Below, one piece after another: positions 1 to 8,695 of a stretch of DNA of 64,000 bases (position 1 is the first letter of the stretch; every line of letters begins with the position of its first letter). Below the pieces are notes generated by a model that saw only the letters and a list, made by a program, of their open reading frames with translations, was not told the DNA's origin and made no database searches. Source of the DNA: Planctomycetota bacterium (lineage in GTDB: Bacteria; Planctomycetota; UBA1135; UBA2386). Position numbers and translations under genes: made by a program. Where the stretch lies: positions 1,472,001 to 1,536,000 of the forward strand of contig OZ245838.1 in the NCBI GenBank assembly GCA_965228735.1, given 5' to 3'.

Positions 1-371
1 AGCGGCAGTCCGACGAAGGTCGGCCCCGCCGGGATCGAAATCGCGAACGTGCTCGCGCCGTTCTGCGGGAACGCGAGGAACACGACGTCGGTGCTCGCCA
101 GCTGTACCGGATCCCATCGGGCGATCCCCGACGCCGGCGCGTCGCCCGCTGCCGTGATCGCACCGCCAACGACGAGCACCGGGGCAGCGGGGCCCGCACC
201 GTCGGGATCCCACTCGTGCATGACGTGCACCGCGCCGACGACACCCGCGACGGAGCCGCCCGCCTGCCAGGCCGGATCGCATTGCGCGCCGAGTTCCATG
301 GCGGTGACGCTCACGCCGATGAACGCGATGAAGAGGGCGGCGACGATCGAACGGGGACCGGTGGTTTGCAT
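1..371 (-). CDS. Secreted protein, partial (runs off the window start): signal peptide, one propeller-type repeat, then part of the shared C-terminal domain
   Basis: Not in the ORF track. Manual translation: MQTTGPRSIVAALFIAFIGVSVTAMELGAQCDPAWQAGG...WDPDGAGPAAPVLVVGGAITAAGDAPASGIARWDP...STFAISIPAGPTFVGLP. AGGAG lies 7 nt upstream of the ATG at 371. Confidence 0.75.
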   Translation of the reverse strand, partial: MQTTGPRSIVAALFIAFIGVSVTAMELGAQCDPAWQAGGSVAGVVGAVHVMHEWDPDGAGPAAPVLVVGGAITAAGDAPASGIARWDPVQLASTDVVFLAFPQNGASTFAISIPAGPTFVGLP

Positions 372-585
372 CTGGCTACTCCTGGGGTCGGGCCGACGGG
401 CCGCGCGGTCAAACTCACGGGCCCGGCCGCACCGCTCCATCGTGCACCGAGAGCAACTCCCGTGCCCACCCCCACGGGCCCGGAACGCCCGATTCCAAGG
501 CCTCACCCGACGGGTAGCCGGCGACGGCCCGGCGGGATCCCGTCGACCGCCCGAACCCCGTGCGGGGGCGCGCGGCCCGGCCGCG

Positions 586-2355
586 TCACACGGCGACGGC
601 CGCCGGCTGGAGCGCGACCCGGAACGTCGCCCCCTGACCGACCGAACTCGAGACGGAGATCGTGCCGCCGCACGCCTCGACGATCCGCTTCGCGATCGTC
701 AGTCCGAGCCCGACGCCGTCGGCCTTCTCGGTCATCTGGTCACGCCCCACCTGACAGAACGGATCGAAGATCTGATCGAAGTCCGCGGCCGCGATCCCGG
801 GCCCACGGTCCTCGACCTCCACGACGACCGCGCCGTCATCGCTCCGCACCCGCACGGCGATCGGCGATCCCGCGGGCGAGAACTTGAACGCGTTGTCGAG
901 CAACCGCCCGAAGGCCTCGACGAGGCGGTCCCGATCGCCGCGCGCGCGCGGCAGGTCCTCGGCGACCGCGAGCGCGATACGATCCGTGTCGTCGCGCGTG
1001 ATCCGCTCGACGGCGAGCCGCACCGCGACCCTGACATCGACGGGATCGTCGAAGTCGGCGCTTACGTCGTCGATCGCGAGCACGTCGTCCACGAGACCCG
1101 CGAGTCGACGCGCCCCGTGCAGCGCGATCCCCGAGAACTCCTCGCGCGCGTCGTTGTCCTCGTCGCCGAGCGTCGTGAGGATCTCGGTCGCGCTGAGGAT
1201 CTCGGCCATCGGCGTCCGCAGTTCGTGAGACACGTTCGTGAGGAACGTCGCTTTCGCGCGCATCGCGGCGAGCGCGGCGTCGCGGGATGCAACGAGGTCG
1301 ATTTCGGTGAGCTCGCGCCGCCGGGTGTTCTCCTCGAGCCGGTCGACCATCGCGTTGAACGCGTCCCCGAGATCGCCGAGCTCGTCCGCCGTTTCCACGG
1401 CTACCCGAACCCCGAGATCGCCGCTCCCCAACCGGTCCGCCGCTTCGTGCAAGGAGACGATCGGGCCGAGCGTCCGACGCATCTGCACGAGGCTCGCCAA
1501 GACGACGCACAGGAGCGTGCAGAACGCGCAGAGCCAGAACCACTGGACGAAGCTCGAAGCCACCGCCATGGCGTCACTGGAGCGCTGCGACTGGACCGCG
1601 AGCAGATCGAGCCGGTACTGCGGCTGCATGAACGCGCGCCAGTAGCGCGCCACATGGTCCTCACCGCCGATCGACCACTCGACCACACCCGACGAGCGGT
1701 CCCGATGCAACGCGGCTCGCAGCGGCCCGCTCGGCGGCGAGCTCTGGAAGGTGTCGAACAGCAGCTCACCGCGGCCGTCGAACGCGGCGAACTCGCAGCT
1801 GACGCCTTGCAGTTCGTCGGGGTGAAACAACCACGAGCCGCGCACGACCGCGACCACGCGGTGGTTCGGATCTGTCGGCTGGATGGCGATGGCCATCTCG
1901 AGGTGCCTGGGGGTCCCGCGCATCCGAGCCAGCGGCAAACCCGCCGCCAGATGCTCGTGGTCCGCTTCCGAGATCGTGCGGTCCACCGCGATGTCGTCCC
2001 CGTAGATCAGGGTGCGCTCCGTCTCCGTGATCAGCTGGACGGAGCGGCAACGTTCGGCCAGGTGCTGGCGCAACGCCGCGTCCATCGCCCGCGCCACGTT
2101 GCCGCCCGAGTTCTGCACGAGACTGGCCACCAGCGCGATGTCCCCTTTGACCTGATTGAGACGAGCCGCGAGCGACATGCCCGCGCTCTTGGCGCTGCCG
2201 TGCAGCCGCGCATGCATGTCGTTCCTGGCCTGCCGCGTCACGCTCCCGACCGACAGAGCGGTGAAGACGGCGAGTGGCACGAGGGCACACCCGACGAACA
2301 AGAGTACGAACCGACGCCCGATCCGCGACGTCAGCGCTCCGGCACCGCCCCGCAT
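586..2355 (-). CDS. Membrane sensor histidine kinase (periplasmic Cache-like region, HAMP, HisKA, HATPase)
   Basis: Two TM segments, HAMP (DELGDLGDAFNAM), H-box VSHELRTP, N-box LLDNAFKF, G-boxes DRGPGI and GVGLGL. Confidence 0.92.
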   Translation of the reverse strand: MRGGAGALTSRIGRRFVLLFVGCALVPLAVFTALSVGSVTRQARNDMHARLHGSAKSAGMSLAARLNQVKGDIALVASLVQNSGGNVARAMDAALRQHLAERCRSVQLITETERTLIYGDDIAVDRTISEADHEHLAAGLPLARMRGTPRHLEMAIAIQPTDPNHRVVAVVRGSWLFHPDELQGVSCEFAAFDGRGELLFDTFQSSPPSGPLRAALHRDRSSGVVEWSIGGEDHVARYWRAFMQPQYRLDLLAVQSQRSSDAMAVASSFVQWFWLCAFCTLLCVVLASLVQMRRTLGPIVSLHEAADRLGSGDLGVRVAVETADELGDLGDAFNAMVDRLEENTRRRELTEIDLVASRDAALAAMRAKATFLTNVSHELRTPMAEILSATEILTTLGDEDNDAREEFSGIALHGARRLAGLVDDVLAIDDVSADFDDPVDVRVAVRLAVERITRDDTDRIALAVAEDLPRARGDRDRLVEAFGRLLDNAFKFSPAGSPIAVRVRSDDGAVVVEVEDRGPGIAAADFDQIFDPFCQVGRDQMTEKADGVGLGLTIAKRIVEACGGTISVSSSVGQGATFRVALQPAAVAV

Positions 2356-3011
2356 CAGTCGAAGCGACCCGCCAGGATCGGCGCCGTTGCCGGTGTCGGC
2401 TTCGAACGCGCCGCGGCGGCGCCGACGTCGTCGCTTACCGGCGAATCGCGGAAACCCTCGATCGCTTCGGTCACGCCCGCGATCGCGGTCCTGACGCCGG
2501 CGAAGTCATCCGCCGGGACGGCCCCGTGCTCCGCGAGTTCCTGCACCTGCCGCTCGAGTTCGGACTGCGCCGCCCGGATGGCCACGACCCGCTGCCGAAT
2601 GCCTGCGACGGCGTCGTTCAGGCAGTCGACCTCGGCCTTGAGGTAGTCGCGCGGCCGCGTGCGGAGCGGCTCGGGCAGCTCACCCTTCTCCAGCAGGCCG
2701 AGGTTGCGGCGCACTCGGACCATCGGGCCCGCGATGCGATGCGAGAACAGCATCGAGCCGACGACGACGAGCAGGCCACAGAGCACCGCGATCAGCCACA
2801 ACCGCTCGTGCAGGTAGACCATGACGATCGATGCCTCGTCGATCCCGGCGCCCGACAAAACGCCGTCGTCGAGGCCCCAGACCAACGGCAGGAAGATCCC
2901 GCCGCACAGCACGGCCATGACGATGCTCGAGTGCACCAAGCCGTGCCGGATCATGCTGCCCTGCAGCTGCCGATCGACGATCAGGCGTCGACGCTTTGGA
3001 GTGGGTTTCAT
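2355..3011 (-). CDS. Inner-membrane protein with two TM helices and a HAMP-like/coiled-coil C-terminus
   Basis: N-terminal RRRLIVDRQLQ, two hydrophobic helices, SHRIAGPMVR...LRTRPRDYL HAMP-like motif; 1-bp TGATG overlaps with both neighbours. Confidence 0.8.
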   Translation of the reverse strand: MKPTPKRRRLIVDRQLQGSMIRHGLVHSSIVMAVLCGGIFLPLVWGLDDGVLSGAGIDEASIVMVYLHERLWLIAVLCGLLVVVGSMLFSHRIAGPMVRVRRNLGLLEKGELPEPLRTRPRDYLKAEVDCLNDAVAGIRQRVVAIRAAQSELERQVQELAEHGAVPADDFAGVRTAIAGVTEAIEGFRDSPVSDDVGAAAARSKPTPATAPILAGRFD

Positions 3012-3856
3012 CAGTAGCTCGATGCGGGGCCGTAGAATGCGCCGTTGTTGGCGCGGATGACGTCGTCCTGGGCGACCTTGTCCCCGAGCGACACGGCAGT
3101 CGCCGCGTTGGGCCCCAGACTGAACAGGTCGTAGTCGGTGTTGAGCGGCAGCAGGTAGCGATCGCGGCGGCGCGTGCTCGAGGTGTTCACGCCCGTGAAG
3201 ATGTCGAAGTCACCGACCTCCATGAGAGTGCGGACGAGGGACTCCGTCTCCAGTGCCGAGAGATTGCCGCCGATCTTCGTCGCCAGACTGTCGACGGTGC
3301 TGCGGGCCTGAGAGACCGACAGCTTGTCCGGGAGCAGGCCCTGCGGCGATCGCGCGAACGACGCCTCCATGGGGACGAGTCCACCGGCGATGGACCCGGT
3401 GCTCAGGATCGGCCCGAGGAGACCGCCACCGCCGCCGCCGCCACTTCCGCCACCACTTCCGCCACCGCCGCCGCCCTCGTCATCGCCGCGCTCTGACTCC
3501 GTCGAACCGAAGGCACCGGGGTCGACGATTCCCGCATCCAAGGCCCACTGCAGACCGTCGCCCGTACCGGCTCCGTAGTTCAGGTAACAGTACGGCGTTC
3601 CCCACGGGTCCAGCCTGCCGCCGAAGCCGACCTGGTACAGAGAGAACGGCAGCTTGCCCTCGTTGTTCGCCGTGAACGAGTCGATCGCGGTCGCGATCGT
3701 CTTGAGTTCCATCCGAGCCTTGCCGACCCGCGCCGTGCGCAGAGCCGCGAGATACTGGGGCACGGCGATCGCGGAGATCGTGGCGAGGATCGTCACGACG
3801 ATGAGAATCTCGAGGAGGGTGAACCCCGCACTCGCATGGCGATCGTTGGAGCGCAT
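3011..3856 (-). CDS. Prepilin-type N-terminal cleavage/methylation protein (GspG-like pseudopilin) with a Gly-rich internal insert
   Basis: G|FTLLEILIVVTILATISAIAVP class III signal, LDPWGTPY, DYDLFSLGPN and DDVIRANNG motifs; likely start is ATG 3856 inside the 3011..5710 ORF. Confidence 0.9.
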   Translation of the reverse strand: MRSNDRHASAGFTLLEILIVVTILATISAIAVPQYLAALRTARVGKARMELKTIATAIDSFTANNEGKLPFSLYQVGFGGRLDPWGTPYCYLNYGAGTGDGLQWALDAGIVDPGAFGSTESERGDDEGGGGGGSGGGSGGGGGGGLLGPILSTGSIAGGLVPMEASFARSPQGLLPDKLSVSQARSTVDSLATKIGGNLSALETESLVRTLMEVGDFDIFTGVNTSSTRRRDRYLLPLNTDYDLFSLGPNAATAVSLGDKVAQDDVIRANNGAFYGPASSY

Positions 3857-4072
3857 ACGAACTTCATCGGTCGGGTCGGGCGTCGATCCTGAGCCCCCCC
3901 CGGCGCCGCCCTGTCGAATCCTCCGACACTCGGGCGCGCGCCGATTGCGCGGGCAGCGCGAAAAACCGGTGTCCGATCCTCCGGGCCCCGGACACGGGTC
4001 CTTCGTGGCGCCGGTCCGAGTCTGGCCCCGCACTGCCAACCCGCTGCACCGCAGAACCTTGCGACCCCCGCC

Positions 4073-6817
4073 ATGACCCATCCCACGCGTCGCTCGCTGC
4101 CCCGGATCGCCTCGACCAATCTGCTGCTGACCCTGCTGGTCGCGTGCTCGACGTCGGGCCCGCGGCCCAGCCGAACGGTGCCGCCGACGGTGCCGCCGAC
4201 GGCGCCGACGACCCCGGTCGCGACGACTGCGCGCGACCGGCTCGCCGTCGATCTCCGAGAACGCGGCGATTCGTCGCCGGCGGCAGCCCACCACTTTCGC
4301 CGCCTCCGGATGTTGGACGACAACGGCGACATCGCGACAGGCGCGCTGCGGCGCGCGCGGCTCGACCGCAGGGCCAACCTCGAGCACTGGGACAACGAGG
4401 ACTTCGGCGGCGGGATCGGGAAGTACAGCTGGACGGAACGCGGCCCGTTCAACGTCGGCGGCCGCACGCGCGCGATCCTCCTGCACCCCACGATCGTCGG
4501 CCGCGTCTATGCCGGGTCCGTCGGCGGTGGCGTCTGGCGCTCGGACAACAACGGCGCGACGTGGTATCCGCTCGACGAGTTCATGGGCAACCTCGCCGTC
4601 TGCTGCATGAACTTCGACCCGCAGGATCCGGACACCATCTACGTCGGCACGGGCGAGGGCTTCGGCAACCAGGACGCGATCCGCGGTGAGGGCATCTGGC
4701 GCACGACCGACGCCGGGGCGACGTGGTCGCTGCTCCCGGCCACGGCCAACTTCGGCAACGTGCTCCGCATCGCGCTCCACCCGACCAACACGAGCCGCAT
4801 TCTCGCCGCCACGACTTCGGGCCTGCATCTGTCGCAGGACGCCGGGGACACCTGGATGACCGTCGACGCACGCTGGCAATACCAGGTGCTCGTCGATCCG
4901 AACAACAGCAACCGCCTCGTGGCCGTGTGGCGGACCAACAACAACGGTACGGCCGTGTTCGGCATCCAATACTCGACGGACGCGGGCTCGACCTGGACCG
5001 ACTCCATGAGCTCGTTCCCGACGGACAGCCGGATCGAGATCGCGTACGCGCCGTCGATCAACGACCGGCTCTACGCGAGCCTCGGCGAGGGCGAGTGTTG
5101 GCGCAGTGACGACGGCGGGCAGACCTGGACGCTGCGATCCACGTCGCCGATCGTCAGCAAGCAATGGTGGTACAACAACTGCATCTGGGTGCATCCGACG
5201 AACTCGCAGCGGGTCATCATCGGCGCCGTCAGGATCTACCGGAGCATCGACGGCGGCGGGAACTTCGTCGAACTCACGGACGGCAACGTCGGCGCCGGGC
5301 GCCCCCACAGCGACACGCACGCGCTCGTCACGGATCCGAACTTCGCGAGCAACGGCCGGCTGTGGGTCGGGACCGACGGGGGTTGCTGGTTCACGAACAA
5401 CGTCGCGACGATCGGGTCCAACCAGGTCTGGACCCGCCGTGATCAAGGCTATCGCACGGTGCAGTACTACGGCGTCGACGGCCACGTCCTCGGGCGTCTC
5501 GTCGGTGGCACGCAGGACAACGGCAGCCACCTGATCGAATCGACGGCCACGGTCAACGCGGTGACGACCCACGGCGCCGACGGGTCGTTCTCGCACATCG
5601 ATCCGACCGATCCCGATCTGATCTGGGGCGCCGAGCAGAACCTCGGGGTGCACCGCTCGACCGACGGCGGTCAGAACTCCAATCGGATCGTCAGCGGACT
5701 GCTCGATCATCCGACCGAGTGCTGCAACTTCATCGCGCCGCTCGAGGTCTCGCCGATCAACACCAACTTCCTGTTCGCCGGCGGATGTTCCCTGTGGCGC
5801 TGCGCCAACGCCAAGGCGACGACGCCGACGTGGACCGCGATCCGCAGCCCGATCCTCAACGCGTCGAACGACCCGGTGAACATCAGCGCGATCGGCATCT
5901 CACCGAACAGCTCCAACACGGTCTGGGTCGGCTACAACGACGGCCGCGTCTTCCGGACGACGAACGCGACGGCGGCGAACCCATCGTGGACCGTCGTCGA
6001 CGACAACGGCGCTCTCGACCCGTTCCCCGAGCGGATGATCACGGCCATCCTCGTCGATCGCACGAGCGTGAGCCGGGTCATGGTCGGCCTCGGCGGCTTC
6101 TCGAGCACGAACCTCTGGCGCACGACCGACACCGGTTCGACGTGGAGCCTCGTCACCGGGAGCGCGCCGGCCGCGCTGCCGGCCGCGCCGATCTATGACC
6201 TGACGCAGCACCCGACACTCAACGGCCGCTACTACGCGGCGACCGAGGTCGGCGTCTACGGCACGTCCGACACGGGCCAGAGCTGGTCGACGACGAACTC
6301 GGGCCCGGCCGATGTGAGCTGTGACTCGGTCACGTTCGTGCGGGGCACGGAGACGCTGCTCGTCGGCACGCACGGTCGCGGCATGTGGACGACGACGATC
6401 ACCGAGCCGAACGTCACGGCCTTCGGCACCGGGTGCGCGGGCAGCAACGGCACGCCGGCGCTCACGGCAAGCGCACCGCAGATCGGCGAGACGATGACGT
6501 TCACGGGCAGCAATCTCGTGCCCGAGTCGCCGGTCTGGCTGCTGCAGGGCTACAGCCGCACGTCATGGTTCGGCAACGCGCTGCCGGCCGACCTCGCGAT
6601 GTTCCAAGCTCCCGGGTGCTTCCTGCGCGTGCGGCCCGACCTGATCCGCGATGGCGGGTCGGACGCAGCGGGCGAGTGCACGCTCGCGCTGCCGATCCCC
6701 CCGTTCACGGCCCTGCTCGGCACGAAGCTCTACGCCCAGTTGTTCGGGGCCGACCCGGCGGCGAACGGCTTCGGCCGCACCGCGAGCAACGCGCTCGAGC
6801 TCACGATCGGGAACTGA
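4073..6817 (+). CDS. Exported BNR/Asp-box (sortilin/VPS10-like) beta-propeller protein, probable lipoprotein, with the shared C-terminal domain
   Basis: Lipobox LLVAC; many SxDxGxTW Asp-boxes; WTERGPFNVGGRTRAI, IYVGTGEG, GGTQDNG, GTHGRGMW. Confidence 0.88.
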   Translation: MTHPTRRSLPRIASTNLLLTLLVACSTSGPRPSRTVPPTVPPTAPTTPVATTARDRLAVDLRERGDSSPAAAHHFRRLRMLDDNGDIATGALRRARLDRRANLEHWDNEDFGGGIGKYSWTERGPFNVGGRTRAILLHPTIVGRVYAGSVGGGVWRSDNNGATWYPLDEFMGNLAVCCMNFDPQDPDTIYVGTGEGFGNQDAIRGEGIWRTTDAGATWSLLPATANFGNVLRIALHPTNTSRILAATTSGLHLSQDAGDTWMTVDARWQYQVLVDPNNSNRLVAVWRTNNNGTAVFGIQYSTDAGSTWTDSMSSFPTDSRIEIAYAPSINDRLYASLGEGECWRSDDGGQTWTLRSTSPIVSKQWWYNNCIWVHPTNSQRVIIGAVRIYRSIDGGGNFVELTDGNVGAGRPHSDTHALVTDPNFASNGRLWVGTDGGCWFTNNVATIGSNQVWTRRDQGYRTVQYYGVDGHVLGRLVGGTQDNGSHLIESTATVNAVTTHGADGSFSHIDPTDPDLIWGAEQNLGVHRSTDGGQNSNRIVSGLLDHPTECCNFIAPLEVSPINTNFLFAGGCSLWRCANAKATTPTWTAIRSPILNASNDPVNISAIGISPNSSNTVWVGYNDGRVFRTTNATAANPSWTVVDDNGALDPFPERMITAILVDRTSVSRVMVGLGGFSSTNLWRTTDTGSTWSLVTGSAPAALPAAPIYDLTQHPTLNGRYYAATEVGVYGTSDTGQSWSTTNSGPADVSCDSVTFVRGTETLLVGTHGRGMWTTTITEPNVTAFGTGCAGSNGTPALTASAPQIGETMTFTGSNLVPESPVWLLQGYSRTSWFGNALPADLAMFQAPGCFLRVRPDLIRDGGSDAAGECTLALPIPPFTALLGTKLYAQLFGADPAANGFGRTASNALELTIGN

Positions 6818-6999
6818 GGGCCCACGCCGCGAATCGACCGTTAGTGGGACGCAAGCGCGCGGACCCGGTCCCGCAGAGCTGCTCGGATCCGAGAACGCCC
6901 ACGGCACGCGATCCGCTGTCCGCCGATGCAGCGCGTTGACGCTGATAGGGCAGCCCTCCGCGGATACGGGCAACGACCAATCGACCGAGAACCCCGACC

Positions 7000-7365
7000 A
7001 TGACCACCACCGCCTCAATCTTCGATCGCATCGGCGGCAAGCCGGCGCTGCGAGCCGTCGTCGACGATTTCTACGGCCGCGTCCTCGCGGACACCGCACT
7101 CGCGCCGTTCTTCGAAGGCACCGACCTCGAGCGCCAGCGGCGCCATCAGGTCGCGTTCCTCGCGTTCGCGCTCGGCGGCGCCGACCGCTACGAGGGCAAC
7201 TCACTGCGCGACGCGCACGCCGGCCGCGGGATCCGGGCCTCGCACTTCGCCGCGGTCGCGGGCCACCTGCAGGACAGCCTCGAGGCGGCCGGCGTCGGCG
7301 CCCGCGAGGTCACCGAGATCCTCGCGGCCGCGGCGAGCCTGCAGCCGGAGATCGTCGAGGACTGA
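7000..7365 (+). CDS. Group I truncated hemoglobin (GlbN-like)
   Basis: IFDRIGG..A..AVVDDFY.RV..D..LAPFF; LGG...YEG..LRDAH (proximal His). Confidence 0.93.
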   Translation: MTTTASIFDRIGGKPALRAVVDDFYGRVLADTALAPFFEGTDLERQRRHQVAFLAFALGGADRYEGNSLRDAHAGRGIRASHFAAVAGHLQDSLEAAGVGAREVTEILAAAASLQPEIVED

Positions 7366-7372
7366 GCGCCGC

Positions 7373-8635
7373 CTACGGCGCCGCGATGCAGTAGAGGCGC
7401 CGCCGCGACCGCAGGAACATGCGGCTGCCGCTCAGCGCGGGCGTCCCGTCGAAGTAGGACTCGTCGCCCGCGATCGTGTTGTGCGCGAGGATCTCGAACT
7501 CCGGCCGCGCCGGCACCACGAACGTGCCGTTCTCGCGGCTCACGTAGTAGATGCAGTCGCCCGCGCGGACCGGGGAACTGTAGAACTGGCCGTCGAGCCG
7601 TTCCTTGTAGACGAGATCGCCGGTCGCGTCGTCCGCGCAGTGCGCGATACCGCCCTCGTTGACCCAGTAGAGGTGGCCGTCGTGCCAGAGCGGCGTCGTC
7701 ACGTACGAGCCATAGCGCGTGTGCCAGTTCAGATGGGTCCCGGTCACGTCGCCGTGTCCGCCGAGCCGCACCGCGTGACTGCGAACGTGCGTCTGCCCGC
7801 CGAGGCTGAAGATCGCTTCGCCGCCGCGAACGACCGTCGGACCGAGCGCGCCGTTGGTCTTCGTCGCCACCATCCACACGCGCTCGCCCGTGCGCGGGCA
7901 CAGCGCCCAGATGCTGCCGAGGAGCGCGAGCACCATGACCGGTTCGTCGCCGTCGACGACGAGCGGCGTCCCGTAGGCCTGGTCGAGCTCCGCCGCGGCA
8001 CGCCGCCAGATCTCCCTGCCCGTGCGCTTGTCGAGCGCGCGCACCGAGTGACTCTCGTCCGACGCGTTCACGAGCAGATGGTCCTGCCAGAGGGCGAGGC
8101 TCGAACCCGAGCCCGTGAGCCACTCGCTCGACCCCGTCCCGACCGACCGCTGCCATGCCAGTTCGCCCGCGAGGTCATAGGCGAAGACGCCCGACTTGCC
8201 GAACATCACGTAGACGCGTTCGCCGTCGGACACCGGCGTGCTCGACGCGTAGCCGTGCGTCGCCATCCGCCCGCCGAACGGGTCCTCGGTCGGCACCGGC
8301 CGCACGGTTCGTTGCCACACGACCTCGCCCGTGTCGGCGCGCAAACGAAGCAGGTGCCGACGCAGCTTCGACGGCTCGCCCGGCTTCTCGAGGTCGAGGC
8401 CATAGCCGGACCAGCACGTCACGTAGACCGAGTCACCGACGACTACGGGACTCGACGTGCCGGGGCCCGGGAGCTCACGACGCCACACGATGTTCGCGGA
8501 CTCGCTCCAGCTGCGCACGACCGCAGCCGCCTGCGAGGCCGAAGCGTCGGTGCCGCGAAAGCCGCGCCAGTCGGTGTCCTGGCCCGGAACGGCGGCGGCG
8601 ATGAACAGCGGCAAGCAAGCCTGTCGGACGAGCAT
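7373..8635 (-). CDS. PQQ-like beta-propeller repeat protein (BamB-like, planctomycete type)
   Basis: Signal peptide, DWRGFRG, WRRELPGPGTSSPVV, YASSTPVSDGERVY, YSSPV. Confidence 0.9.
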   Translation of the reverse strand: MLVRQACLPLFIAAAVPGQDTDWRGFRGTDASASQAAAVVRSWSESANIVWRRELPGPGTSSPVVVGDSVYVTCWSGYGLDLEKPGEPSKLRRHLLRLRADTGEVVWQRTVRPVPTEDPFGGRMATHGYASSTPVSDGERVYVMFGKSGVFAYDLAGELAWQRSVGTGSSEWLTGSGSSLALWQDHLLVNASDESHSVRALDKRTGREIWRRAAAELDQAYGTPLVVDGDEPVMVLALLGSIWALCPRTGERVWMVATKTNGALGPTVVRGGEAIFSLGGQTHVRSHAVRLGGHGDVTGTHLNWHTRYGSYVTTPLWHDGHLYWVNEGGIAHCADDATGDLVYKERLDGQFYSSPVRAGDCIYYVSRENGTFVVPARPEFEILAHNTIAGDESYFDGTPALSGSRMFLRSRRRLYCIAAP

Positions 8636-8695
8636 GGCGGCACCATGGCTGGTTCGAACCCGGCGGTCAACTCGTCGATTGCTTCGCGCCGCCTC

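Noticed and set aside
49..2646. 865-aa plus-strand ORF, and similar long ORFs at 43995-46769(-), 49016-52534(-), 55602-58127(+), 22026-24152(+), 27771-30242(-) and 34433-36496(-)
   Set aside because: Antisense shadows of well-supported genes. They are Arg/Ala/Pro-rich with no motifs, as expected in high-GC DNA.
4175..4215. 12-bp coding repeat (TVPPTVPPTAPTT)
   Set aside because: Ordinary Pro/Thr linker after a lipoprotein signal
3857..5710. N-terminal 618 aa of the 899-aa ORF (apparent giant pilin fusion)
   Set aside because: Shadow of the BNR gene; the prepilin signal marks the real start at 3856
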